64,000 nt of DNA, taken from contig JAZKFH010000019.1 in the NCBI GenBank assembly GCA_040386535.1, positions 226,186-290,185 of the forward strand, written 5' to 3'. Origin of the DNA: Myxococcota bacterium. GTDB lineage: Bacteria > Myxococcota_A > UBA796 > SXON01. Shown piece by piece: positions 44,443 through 53,973 of this stretch. How positions within the stretch are numbered: position 1 is the stretch's first letter; every line of letters starts with the position of its first letter. The position numbers and the translations under genes are program-made. A model generated the notes under the pieces. That model saw nothing but the letters and a program-made list of their open reading frames with translations. It did not search any database and had not been told where the DNA came from.

Positions 44443-45816
44443 ATGACGAGAGACTTGACCCCCTCCTCCTGGACCCCGTCTTCCTGGAAGGCGCATCCCG
44501 CGCGGCAGCAGGTCGAATACGACGATCCCGTCGAGCTCGCCGCGACCCTGGCGACCCTCTCCCGCCTCCCGCCCATCGTGACCAGCTGGGAGGTGGAGAA
44601 GCTGAAGGCGCAGCTCGCGCAGGCGGGGCGCGGCGAACGTTTCCTGCTCCAAGGGGGGGATTGCAACGAGCGGTTCTCCGATTGCCAATCGCACCGCATC
44701 GACGCGAAGCTCAAGGTGCTCTTGATGATGAGCGCCGTGCTCGTGTACGGCAGCGGGCGCCCCGTCGTGCGCGTGGGGCGCATCGCCGGCCAGTACGCGA
44801 AGCCCCGATCGGCCGCCACCGAGACCCGGGACGGCGTCACGCTCCCCGCCTACCGCGGCGACCTGGTGAACCGCCCCGCCTTCACCGCCGAGGCCCGCCG
44901 CCCCGATCCGCGCAACCTCATCGAGGCCTACAGCCGCTCCGCGATGACCATCAACTTCGTCCGCAGCCTCCTCTCCGGCGGCTTCGGCGACATGCACCAC
45001 GCCGAGATCTGGGACCTCGCCTGGGCCGAGAAGGCGGGGGAGGCGAACGAGTACCGGGCGCTGGTCGAGTCCATGAAGGCGTCCATGCGCTTCCTGGACG
45101 CGATGGTGGGGCGCCCGCTGAGCGAGCTTCAGGGCGTCGAGTTCTACACGAGCCACGAGGGGCTGCACCTCGACTACGAGCAGGCCGCCACCGAGCGCCC
45201 GCCGCTGCGGGACGGCTACTACGACCTCTCCACGCACCTCCCGTGGATCGGCGAGCGCACCCGCGACATCGGCGGCGCGCACGTCGAGTTCTTCCGCGGC
45301 ATCCGCAACCCGGTGGGGGTCAAGGTCGGGCCCGGCATGGAGCCCGAGGAGCTGATCGCGCTGCTCGACGCGCTCAACCCGAACGACGAGCCCGGCCGCC
45401 TGACGCTGATCGTGCGCATGGGCGCGAAGAACGTGACCCAGCGCCTCCCGCCCCTGGTCGAGGCCGTGCGCCGCGCCGAGCGTGTCGTGACCTGGGTGAG
45501 CGACCCGATGCACGGGAACACGTACCAGACGGCGGACGGCACGAAAACCCGCCGGTTCGACGACATCCTGGGAGAGGTCGATCAGAGCTTCGCGGTGCAC
45601 GCGGACGCCGGCTCCGTGCTCGGCGGCGTCCACTTCGAGCTGACCGGAGAGAACGTCACCGAGATCGTCGGCGGCTCCTGCGGTCTGACCGAGGCGGACC
45701 TCGGCGCGGCCTACGAGAGCGACGTGGACCCGCGGCTCAACCGCTCCCAGGCGCTCGAGATGGCCTTCCTCATCGCGCGCCGGCTCAAGGATCCGCGGTT
45801 CCGACCGCGCGCGTGA
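44443..45816 (+). CDS. Class II 3-deoxy-D-arabino-heptulosonate 7-phosphate (DAHP) synthase
   Basis: LLQGGDC, GRIAGQYAKPRS, TSHEGLHLDYE, WIGERTR, DPMHGNT, DPRLN. Confidence 0.96.
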   Translation: MTRDLTPSSWTPSSWKAHPARQQVEYDDPVELAATLATLSRLPPIVTSWEVEKLKAQLAQAGRGERFLLQGGDCNERFSDCQSHRIDAKLKVLLMMSAVLVYGSGRPVVRVGRIAGQYAKPRSAATETRDGVTLPAYRGDLVNRPAFTAEARRPDPRNLIEAYSRSAMTINFVRSLLSGGFGDMHHAEIWDLAWAEKAGEANEYRALVESMKASMRFLDAMVGRPLSELQGVEFYTSHEGLHLDYEQAATERPPLRDGYYDLSTHLPWIGERTRDIGGAHVEFFRGIRNPVGVKVGPGMEPEELIALLDALNPNDEPGRLTLIVRMGAKNVTQRLPPLVEAVRRAERVVTWVSDPMHGNTYQTADGTKTRRFDDILGEVDQSFAVHADAGSVLGGVHFELTGENVTEIVGGSCGLTEADLGAAYESDVDPRLNRSQALEMAFLIARRLKDPRFRPRA

Positions 45817-45818
45817 CC

Positions 45819-47015
45819 ATGCGCCCCTCCGCTGACTCGGATCCCGGCGCGTTGGTGTGGCTCCTCGGCGCGCTCGCCGCGCTCGGGCCGCTCTCCATCG
45901 ACATGTACCTGCCGAGCTTTCCGGACATCGCCCGGACCTTCGGCGCCGACGTGGCCGACGTCGAGCTCACCCTCGCGGTGTACCTCGGCGGGCTCGCGTT
46001 CGGGCAGTTCGTGTACGGGCCGCTGTCCGACCGGTTCGGGCGCCGGGCGCCGCTCATGGGCGGCCTCGCGCTCTACGCCCTCGGCTCCCTCGCGTGCGCG
46101 GCCGCCCCCACCCTGGCCATGCTCACGGCGGCGCGGCTCCTCCAGGCGCTCGGCGGGTGCGCCGGCATGGTGATCTCGCGCGCGGTGGTCCGCGACCGTT
46201 TCGACGAGGCCGCCTCCGCGAAGTTGTACTCGTCGTTGTTCCTGGTGATGGGCGTCGCCCCGATCCTGGCGCCGCTCCTCGGTGGGCAGCTGCTCCTGGT
46301 CGGCGGGTGGCGGTCGATCTTCCTCGTGCTCGGGCTGTTCGGCGTGGCGGTCCTGGCGCTCCTGGCGCGGTGGCTCCCCGAGAGCCTGCACGCGGACGGG
46401 CGAGTGGTGAGCAGCGCTGGCGAGATTGGCACGGCCTCGTTCTCCGTCCTGCGCAACCGCCGATTCTTGTGCCTGGGCCTCGCGAGCGGCGCGATGCAGG
46501 CCGCGATGTTTGCGTACATCTCCGGCTCGCCCTTCGTGTTCATCGAGCTCCTCGGCGTGCCGCCCGAGCGTTACGGCCTGCTGTTCGGGGCCAACGCGAT
46601 CGGCCTCATCACTTGCTCCCAATTGAACCGGTGGTTGGCGCCACGCTTCGGCGTGCTCCACGTGCTGCGCGGGGCCGTGCTCGTGGGCTGCCTCGCCTTC
46701 GCCGCGCTCGCCGTCGTCGCGCTGAACGGTGGCGGCCTGTGGGCGCTGATGCCACCCATCTTCATCGGGGTCTCCGCGCTCGGCCTGGTGCTCCCCAACA
46801 TCACCGCGGCGGTCATGTCGCCCTTCGGCGAGAAGGCGGGGCTCGCCTCGGCGCTGCTCGGTACCCTCCAGATGGTGTGCGCCGCGACCGCGGCCGTCGC
46901 GGTGAGCGCGCTCTCCAACGGCACCGCCCTCCCGATGGCCGGCGTCATGTGTGTCTGTGGGGTCCTCGCGCTGATCCTCGTGGGCGTTGACCGTTACACG
47001 CCGCGTTACGGGTAG
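45819..47015 (+). CDS. Bcr/CflA family MFS efflux transporter
   Basis: LGPLSIDMYLPSFP, GPLSDRFGRR, YISGSPFVFI; about 12 TM. Confidence 0.95.
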   Translation: MRPSADSDPGALVWLLGALAALGPLSIDMYLPSFPDIARTFGADVADVELTLAVYLGGLAFGQFVYGPLSDRFGRRAPLMGGLALYALGSLACAAAPTLAMLTAARLLQALGGCAGMVISRAVVRDRFDEAASAKLYSSLFLVMGVAPILAPLLGGQLLLVGGWRSIFLVLGLFGVAVLALLARWLPESLHADGRVVSSAGEIGTASFSVLRNRRFLCLGLASGAMQAAMFAYISGSPFVFIELLGVPPERYGLLFGANAIGLITCSQLNRWLAPRFGVLHVLRGAVLVGCLAFAALAVVALNGGGLWALMPPIFIGVSALGLVLPNITAAVMSPFGEKAGLASALLGTLQMVCAATAAVAVSALSNGTALPMAGVMCVCGVLALILVGVDRYTPRYG

Positions 47016-47659
47016 CCCGAGTACCCGTCGGCGATCGGGCGCGCGACCGAGATGCTGGCGGCATCCCCGGTGACCCACACCTGGGCGCCGTAGTTGAAGG
47101 CGAATTGGATCCAGACGCCCTCGTAGTACATGTGGAGCACGTTCTCCAACAGGAGCGGCGTGCCCTCGTAGTCGTAGGTCCAGGCCTCGGAGAATCCCCA
47201 AGCGTAGTCGAACGCCCCGTCCACGTATCCATTCTCGAAGAAGTCATCGCAGCGAGGGCCGACGGCGAGCGAGCCCTCGACGGGGCCGAGGTCGAACGAC
47301 CAGTCGCACTCGGGACAGCCCGCCGGCGCGGGGCCCTCGTAGGCCATGCTCCCTTGGATGACGCAGGACCAATCATCGGCGCGCAGGTCGTACATGCCGT
47401 AGCCGAAGGAGGCCGAGGTGAGCTCGCCCCCGTCGGTCGTGAAGTCCGCCAGGAAGTAGAAGACGCCGGAGTCGTCGTACGGGTCGGTGATGTCCGTGTC
47501 GACGTCGGTGTCCGTATCGGTATCCGTATCGGCGTCCGTGTCCGTGTCGGTCTCGTCGGCCGCGGTCTCGTCCAGATCGTCCTTGCCGGAGATGCAGCTG
47601 ACCGAGGCGAGCAGGGTGACGACGGAACCGAGCAGATGCCTGTTCACGATGGACCTCAT
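47006..47659 (-). CDS. Hypothetical lipoprotein with Asp/Thr linker
   Basis: LASVSC lipobox; DTDTDADTDTDT; GCPECDWSF. Confidence 0.75.
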   Translation of the reverse strand: MRSIVNRHLLGSVVTLLASVSCISGKDDLDETAADETDTDTDADTDTDTDTDVDTDITDPYDDSGVFYFLADFTTDGGELTSASFGYGMYDLRADDWSCVIQGSMAYEGPAPAGCPECDWSFDLGPVEGSLAVGPRCDDFFENGYVDGAFDYAWGFSEAWTYDYEGTPLLLENVLHMYYEGVWIQFAFNYGAQVWVTGDAASISVARPIADGYSGYP

Positions 47660-47720
47660 CTGACGCGCGTAACCCCCCGCCGCCTGCCTTGCGCCCCGAC
47701 GGCGGGTTAGCTCGGCGCCC

Positions 47721-47966
47721 GTGCCGCACCTCAACGACCTGCCCGAACAGACCGACGAGCGCGCGCTCCGCGAGTGCCTGCGGGCCCTCGTCCCCGGGGC
47801 GCTGGTCGCGGTGGGGGTCATCGCCGGCGTGCTCGTGATGCGCGCGATCTACGGGTTCCCCGGGTGGCTCTCGCTGCTGCTCGTGGGGTTCGCCGCGTTC
47901 ACGCCAATGTCGGACGCGGTCACGGCTTTCTTCTTGTGGCGGGAGCTGCGGGAGAAGCGGTCCTGA
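47721..47966 (+). CDS. Small two-TM hypothetical protein
   Basis: Two hydrophobic segments; fills the gap between neighbours. Confidence 0.5.
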   Translation: MPHLNDLPEQTDERALRECLRALVPGALVAVGVIAGVLVMRAIYGFPGWLSLLLVGFAAFTPMSDAVTAFFLWRELREKRS

Positions 47967-47975
47967 CCGCGGGGG

Positions 47976-50651
47976 TTACCGGCAGCCCTGGGTGCGGCTC
48001 GCGGTCGAGTCGTAGCTGCACGAGGTGAGATCGGCGTCGCACCCCGTCCGCCAGCTTCCCGCGCTTCCGCACGCCGGATCGGTCGCGCTCGACCAGCCGT
48101 TCGTGTAGTCGAGGCACACGTACACCGCGCCTGTACACTCGTAGTTGGCCGTGTACTGCTTCGACTGGGAGCCGTCACAGTTGTAGTCGTAGCTGCCATC
48201 CCCACGGCTCGTCGTGTGGTACGCGCTCGCGTCCGGATTGGCGCTCGTGTTGCTGTCGTAGCAGTCGTCGTTGTTGGTGGCCGTGTAGTACGACGTGGGG
48301 TCGCAATAACAACGGGCCGCGACCGTGGCCGAGCCGTATCCGTCCCCATCGTAGTCGTAGTTGTAGCTCGTGCAGCCGGTGGCGTTGATCTCGTCGATCG
48401 TGCCGTCACAGTCGTTGTCGATGCTGTCACACGCCTCGGTCCGCCCCGGGTAGGCGGAGGAGGAGGAGTCGTTGCAGTCGGTCGCGTTGCTGATGTACCC
48501 GGCGGGCTGGACACACTGGGTGCGCGTGGCGGAGGCGCTGCCGTAGCCGTCGCTGTCACTGTCACGGTACCAGACGGTCGTGGGGTTGAGCGAGGCGCTC
48601 GTGTCGTCACAGTCGGTCGAGTTGGTGACATACCCGGCGGGCAGCGAGCACGCCGCGGCGGTCGAACTCGGGTTGCCGTAGCCGTCCGCGTCGGCGTCGC
48701 GGTAGTAGGTGGTGGTCACCCCCTCGTCGCTCCCGCCGTCACAATCGTCATCGATGCTGTTGCAGGTCTCCACGGCGGCCGGGCTCACCGCGGCGCTGGA
48801 GTCGTTACAATCGGTCGCGCCCGCGACATAGCCGGCGGGCGCCGTGCACGAGCGGGTGGTCGTGGTGGTGCGGCCGTAGCCGTCCCCATCGCTGTCGAGG
48901 TACCAGGTGGGCGCGTCGGTCGCGGAGGCCTCGTCCACGCTGCTGTCACAGTCGTTGTCGACGCTGTCACACAGCTCGGCGGCCCCGGGGTTGACGGCGG
49001 TGTTCGTGTCGTTGCAGTCGGTGGTGTCGGCGACGTACCCGCTCGGCGCGCTGCACGCGCGGGTGGTGCTGGTGGTCGTGCCGTACCCGTCCGTGTCACT
49101 ATCACGGTACCAGGTGGGGGCGTCGGACGCGGTGGCCTCGTCCGTCGTGCCGTCACAATTGTTGTCCACGCTGTCGCAGACCTCGGTGCCGACGGGGCTG
49201 GTGGTCGCGTTCCCGTCGTCACAGTCTGTCGCGTTTGCCACGTATCCGGCGGGTTGGGTACACCCGCGGGCGGTCACCGACGCGTTGCCATGATAATCGC
49301 CATCGGCGTCCTGGTACCAGGTGCCGGCGTCCACGGCAGAGTCCTCGTCCGCCGCGCCGTCACAGTCGTTGTCGACGCTGTCGCACGTCTCCGCGGCGTC
49401 GGGGCTCGTGGTGGCCTCGGCGTCGTCACAGTCGCCCTCCGCGAGCACGGCACACTCCGGCTCGCTCGAGCCGGTGCAGGCGCCCGCCTCGCAGAAGCAG
49501 TCCCCATCGTCATCGTAGAGGCCGGTGCCCTCGTCCGCCGTGCCGTCGCAGTCGTTGTCCACGGCGTCCCCGAGCTCGGGCGCGCCGGGGTACACGCTGG
49601 GGGCGGCGTCGTCACAGTCGCCCTCGGTCTCGGTGTAGCCGTCCAGATCGTCGTCCACGCAGCTGGTGCCGTCGTCGATGGCGAGGTCACAGTCGTTGTC
49701 GGCGCCGTCACACACCTCGAGCGCGCCGGGGTAGGTGTCGGCGTCGCCGTCGTCACAGTCGCCCGTGGTCTCGGTGAAGCCGTCCCCGTCGTCGTCCGTG
49801 TTGGTGGTGCCCTCGTCGATCGTGCCGTCACAATCGTCGTCGATGCCGTTGGCGTACTCGGTGGCGCCCGGGTGTACGGAGGGATCCGCGTCGTCGCAGT
49901 CGTTCTCCTGCTCGGTGTACCCGTCCAGATCGTCGTCCGAGGCGTCGGCCTCGAGCACGGTGAAGGGCGTGTCGGCGGTGGCCTCGTTGCCCGCGGTGTC
50001 CACCACGTGCACGGACACGATGTGATCGCCGGGGGAGAGGGTGGAGGCGCAGCTCGCGAGGCCGTCCAGATCGGCGGTGGGCTCGCAGAAGCTCCCGTCC
50101 ACGTCGGACTCGAACCACACGGTGAGGTCGGGCGCGGCGTCCTGCTCGTCGTGCACCAGCGCCTCGAACTCGAAGGCCACCCCCTCCACGCCCGAATCGG
50201 TGGAGCGTGGGCGCCGCAGCGTCACCTCCGGATCCTGCTCCACCGCGTCGACCACGATGGTGACGTAGTCCTCGGCCGACCGCGCCTCCGAGTTCGACAC
50301 CTGGAGGGTGATGACGTGTGTGCCGTACGACAGCGACGCGGTGGAGAAGCGGGCGTTGCCATCCCCATCCGCCGGATCCGTGTTCAGCGGCCCGTCCAGG
50401 TCGCTCGACCAGGTGAGCGACAGATCCGCGGCCCGATCGTTGTCGTCGGAGACCAGCCCCTCGAACGAGACCGCCGTGCCCTGGTCGAACGCCTCCCCGT
50501 CCACCGGGCGGCTGATGACCACGGCGGGCGGCGAATGGCGCACCGTGATGCCCTTGTCGCTGACGCACGACATCACGCCCACCACCGCAAGCAGGCCGAC
50601 GATGCGTAGGGAGGAGGAGGCGCGCAGGGAAGACACGGGGCTTCGAAGCAT
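47976..50651 (-). CDS. Lipoprotein with two Ig-like domains and many MopE-like (DxDGDG-DCDD-PGAxExC-DNDC) repeats
   Basis: VMSC lipobox; about 10 repeats; Cys-rich C-terminus DGSYDYNCDG...QGCR. Confidence 0.88.
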   Translation of the reverse strand: MLRSPVSSLRASSSLRIVGLLAVVGVMSCVSDKGITVRHSPPAVVISRPVDGEAFDQGTAVSFEGLVSDDNDRAADLSLTWSSDLDGPLNTDPADGDGNARFSTASLSYGTHVITLQVSNSEARSAEDYVTIVVDAVEQDPEVTLRRPRSTDSGVEGVAFEFEALVHDEQDAAPDLTVWFESDVDGSFCEPTADLDGLASCASTLSPGDHIVSVHVVDTAGNEATADTPFTVLEADASDDDLDGYTEQENDCDDADPSVHPGATEYANGIDDDCDGTIDEGTTNTDDDGDGFTETTGDCDDGDADTYPGALEVCDGADNDCDLAIDDGTSCVDDDLDGYTETEGDCDDAAPSVYPGAPELGDAVDNDCDGTADEGTGLYDDDGDCFCEAGACTGSSEPECAVLAEGDCDDAEATTSPDAAETCDSVDNDCDGAADEDSAVDAGTWYQDADGDYHGNASVTARGCTQPAGYVANATDCDDGNATTSPVGTEVCDSVDNNCDGTTDEATASDAPTWYRDSDTDGYGTTTSTTRACSAPSGYVADTTDCNDTNTAVNPGAAELCDSVDNDCDSSVDEASATDAPTWYLDSDGDGYGRTTTTTRSCTAPAGYVAGATDCNDSSAAVSPAAVETCNSIDDDCDGGSDEGVTTTYYRDADADGYGNPSSTAAACSLPAGYVTNSTDCDDTSASLNPTTVWYRDSDSDGYGSASATRTQCVQPAGYISNATDCNDSSSSAYPGRTEACDSIDNDCDGTIDEINATGCTSYNYDYDGDGYGSATVAARCYCDPTSYYTATNNDDCYDSNTSANPDASAYHTTSRGDGSYDYNCDGSQSKQYTANYECTGAVYVCLDYTNGWSSATDPACGSAGSWRTGCDADLTSCSYDSTASRTQGCR

Positions 50652-50707
50652 CGGGAGGCTCCTCTTCTTCTGTAGGGGAGCGCCCAGCATAGCCCGGTTC
50701 TTCGTCC

Positions 50708-51058
50708 CTAGTCCGAGAGCCCGCACGAAAGGAAGACTTCGAGCAACAGCAGGTCGTCCTCGAACACTCCGCCTCCAACCGGCATGGTTCCGTTTTCGAG
50801 CACCACGCGGCGCACATCGCTCGCGCGTGACTTTACGGCAGATTTCGTGTCGAAGTCCACGCCCACCGGCGCGCCGCTCCGTTGGTCGATGTTCGCGCTC
50901 GAATGGCACGCCGTGCAATAGGTACGAAAGAACCCATCACCCCACGCGTCCCAGCTCACGTCGGGCAGCTCGGCGCACGCCGCGGCGGCCACGGGGGCCG
51001 GCGGCGCAGGGGGAGGGGTCACTTGGGCGTCACACGCCACGAGGAGGAGCAGGATCAT
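50708..51058 (-). CDS. Monoheme cytochrome c lipoprotein
   Basis: MILLLLVAC; YCTACH heme motif; distal GTMP; ATGA overlap with the upstream gene. Confidence 0.82.
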   Translation of the reverse strand: MILLLLVACDAQVTPPPAPPAPVAAAACAELPDVSWDAWGDGFFRTYCTACHSSANIDQRSGAPVGVDFDTKSAVKSRASDVRRVVLENGTMPVGGGVFEDDLLLLEVFLSCGLSD

Positions 51059-52314
51059 GCGATGGCCGCGGTGAGGGGCGCGTTGTCGTCGGGATCGACG
51101 TCGCCGAGGGCGAGGAGGGTGGCGCCGAAGTTGGCGGCCTGGATCACGGGCCCGTCCAGCGTGGCCTCGCCGGTCGCGAAGTCCGCGCCGAGGCCGTATC
51201 CGCCGTCGTCGTAGCCACCGATCACCTGCCCGCCGCGCACGCCGGCCCCGACCAGCATCGCCGAGGTGAACGTCCAATGGTCGCGCCCCTCGCCCCCGTG
51301 CAGCCGCGGGGAGCGGCCCATCTCGGAGAGCAGGACGATGGTGGTCTCATCGGCCAGGGGCGCACCGCTCGGCGCGGTCCGCGTGGCGAGGTCGACCAGG
51401 ATGCGGCCCAGGTAGTCGAACAGCTCGTTGAAGTTGAGGCCCTGGCGCTCGTTGTTGCTGTGGGTGTCCCAACCCTCGCTGCACCAGCCGAGGTACTCGA
51501 CCAGGGCGGTGCGGGCAAGGCCCGCCTCGAACGCGTCCAACACGGTCGCCGCGTCGTTGAGCAGGGTGGTGCAACCCGTGGGGGTGCCACCGAGCTGGAG
51601 GGTGTCACCCCACTCCTGGAATTCCATCTGATCCGCGTGGGCCCGCGCGAAACCGGCGGCCATGGGCGAGCCCGCCGACAACCCCTCGGCCCGCGCCGCG
51701 AGCCAGGCGTCCACCCGCGAATTGGCGACGGGGCTCGGCGGGCTGACCGGGCGGTCGGAGCGCAGGAGCGCGCTCCCGTCGAGCAGGGCGCCGAGCTGCC
51801 CGTTCGATCCCACGCGCACCACGCGGTCGGTGTAGCGGTCGGTGAACGCGGTGCCGCTCGCGACGAGGTAGGGCAAGAGGAGGGGAGCCGTGCTCCGACC
51901 GGCGAGCGTGGCACCCCAGTCGTCCCCGGCGCCGTCCGTCTTGCCGGTGAGCATGATCCGGCTGCACCGCTCGTGGGTCACGGAGGGAACCTCGATGCCG
52001 TTGATGACACAGCTGTTCGCGCCGTACCGCTCGAGGAATTGGCGCACGGCGGGGCGGCCCTCCGCGTCCACGAAGCGGATCCCGTTCACCTCCGCCTCCA
52101 CGGCGTCGGGCTCCATGTCCACCCCGGACGCGCCGAAGTTGGGTTGGAACACGTAGGTGGTGTCCCACCCGCCGCGGCAGTGGATGAACAGGAAACGCCG
52201 ACGCGCGGCGTCCGTGGCGCCCGCCCGCACCCGCCCGGGCAGGGCCAATCCGGCGGCGAGGCCCGCCCCGGCGAGGGTGAGGAAACCGCGGCGATCCAAG
52301 GGAAGGAGTGCCAT
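51055..52314 (-). CDS. Tat-exported DUF1501-family protein
   Basis: DRRGFL twin-arginine signal; GGWDT, WDTH, SEMGRSP, GRDHW motifs. Confidence 0.88.
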   Translation of the reverse strand: MALLPLDRRGFLTLAGAGLAAGLALPGRVRAGATDAARRRFLFIHCRGGWDTTYVFQPNFGASGVDMEPDAVEAEVNGIRFVDAEGRPAVRQFLERYGANSCVINGIEVPSVTHERCSRIMLTGKTDGAGDDWGATLAGRSTAPLLLPYLVASGTAFTDRYTDRVVRVGSNGQLGALLDGSALLRSDRPVSPPSPVANSRVDAWLAARAEGLSAGSPMAAGFARAHADQMEFQEWGDTLQLGGTPTGCTTLLNDAATVLDAFEAGLARTALVEYLGWCSEGWDTHSNNERQGLNFNELFDYLGRILVDLATRTAPSGAPLADETTIVLLSEMGRSPRLHGGEGRDHWTFTSAMLVGAGVRGGQVIGGYDDGGYGLGADFATGEATLDGPVIQAANFGATLLALGDVDPDDNAPLTAAIA

Positions 52315-53973
52315 TCAGTAGGCCTGGAAGCGGGGGTCGCGGATCATGGCCTCGAGGACGGCGGCCCACGCCACGTCCACGCCTTCGTCCTCGGCGACGT
52401 CCGTCCAGAGTTGGACGATGGACGCGGTCCACGCGTCGTCCGCGGGCTCGGCGTACCAGCGCCGGTACAACGACCGGAGCTCCTCCGCGAACGCGGGGTC
52501 CGTGGGGAGCGTGGTCAGGTCGACGCCGCGCAGGGTGAGGTGTTCGCCGTCGACGAGGTCACGCCGCACGAGGGTGCTCGCGGCGGCCTGTGCCACGCGC
52601 GTGTTGACCATGGTCCAGGTCAGCCCCGGATCCTGCTGGGTCTCGGTGGCGGAGTAGCCGTTCACGCCGCCGCGCAACACCCGGAAGCCCATCACGTCGT
52701 TCTCGAGCTGGGCGAACCCGCCCGCGGTCCACTCCCAGCCGGTCTCCGCCTCGATGACCGAGGCGAGCTGGTTGGGTGTCAACAGCCGCTCTACGCGCTC
52801 GCGCACCCGCACGGCCTCCGGCGCGTCCTCGGTGAAGCCGCCCGCGCGGTACTCCGCCGTGTCGGTGACCGCGCGGAGCAGCGCCATCGGGGAGAGCTCG
52901 GCGGCCACGAAGGTCTTGCGGAGCGCCTCGATCGAGGCGTAGTCCTCCAACGTGACATCCCGATGCCACAGCTGCTCGGCGAAGGATTGGGCGCCACAAC
53001 GGACGAAGCGCGGATCGTTCGCGACGTGCCAGCCGAGGTCGACCAGGCCGGCGATCGGAGCGCCGTACCACGCGGGCTCCACGCCCAGGAGCGTGGGGCC
53101 GAGCGGCTCACGCTCCCGATGGTACGTCTGCATCTCGTACGGGTTGTACTGGATGATCCACCAGTAGCCGAACAACGTCGCGGCGGCGGGATCGATGGAG
53201 GAGTGGCAGCTCTGGCACGCCGGGTTGGTCCGGATGGCCTCCTCGACGTCGTCGGTGGTGGAGCGCTCGAACACGACGGGCCGGGACAGGATGTCCGTAC
53301 ACAGCAGGAGCTTGGAGACGGCGGCTACGCGGCCCCGGCTCTTGTTGGATTCGTTTGTGACATACCGCCACCAGAAGCCGTTGGTGGCGAGGATCCCGGC
53401 CGCCGGGCGGCCGTCGGTGTAGTGGGAAACCTCCCAGCCGCTGCCGCCCTCCGGATAGGCGAGCGGCCAGATGTCACCCAACATCTCGTTCGCCATCGTG
53501 TAGTCGGCGGTCACGATCTCCGACCACGGCAGGTCGTTCGCCGTCACGTGCGCGATGAGGTGGAGCGGCTCCTCCCCGACGGCGTGCGCGTATGCGTCGG
53601 CCTCGAGCGGGGGGAGGAAGTAGTCGTTGGGGCCCACCTCGTACTCGTCCATCACCGTGTGCCAACGCTCCGCGAAGAGCGACACGAGGCGCTCTTCCAA
53701 CCGTGCGTCGGCGAGGTACGTGTCACGGAGGGCTCCGAGCGCGGCCGGATCGGCCTCCACGGCGTCCAACTCGGCCTCGCTCGGGAGCACGCCGCGCAGA
53801 TCCAGGCTCATCCGCCGCAGCAGGCGGGGCGTGGCGAGCGGGGTGAGGTAGGGGGCGCTTCCCTGCCAGGCGACGCTCGTGACCGTGGCGGGGAGGGAGC
53901 CGGCCTCCACCTTCTCGGGGGAGTCTCCCCCGGGCGTCCCACACGCGGCCAACACCAGCAACAGCCGGATCAT
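52315..53973 (-). CDS. DUF1585/DUF1588/DUF1549-like lipoprotein with a CxxCH motif
   Basis: VLAAC lipobox; LLRRMSLDLRGVLPS; RPAAGIL; RGR...LLC; ACQSCHSSIDP. Confidence 0.8.
   Translation of the reverse strand: MIRLLLVLAACGTPGGDSPEKVEAGSLPATVTSVAWQGSAPYLTPLATPRLLRRMSLDLRGVLPSEAELDAVEADPAALGALRDTYLADARLEERLVSLFAERWHTVMDEYEVGPNDYFLPPLEADAYAHAVGEEPLHLIAHVTANDLPWSEIVTADYTMANEMLGDIWPLAYPEGGSGWEVSHYTDGRPAAGILATNGFWWRYVTNESNKSRGRVAAVSKLLLCTDILSRPVVFERSTTDDVEEAIRTNPACQSCHSSIDPAAATLFGYWWIIQYNPYEMQTYHREREPLGPTLLGVEPAWYGAPIAGLVDLGWHVANDPRFVRCGAQSFAEQLWHRDVTLEDYASIEALRKTFVAAELSPMALLRAVTDTAEYRAGGFTEDAPEAVRVRERVERLLTPNQLASVIEAETGWEWTAGGFAQLENDVMGFRVLRGGVNGYSATETQQDPGLTWTMVNTRVAQAAASTLVRRDLVDGEHLTLRGVDLTTLPTDPAFAEELRSLYRRWYAEPADDAWTASIVQLWTDVAEDEGVDVAWAAVLEAMIRDPRFQAY

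Noticed and set aside
42864..47015. 1383-aa ORF ending in an MFS transporter
   Set aside because: Only the part from ATG 45819 is the transporter. The upstream part is an off-frame or antisense read through the DAHP synthase and FG-GAP genes.
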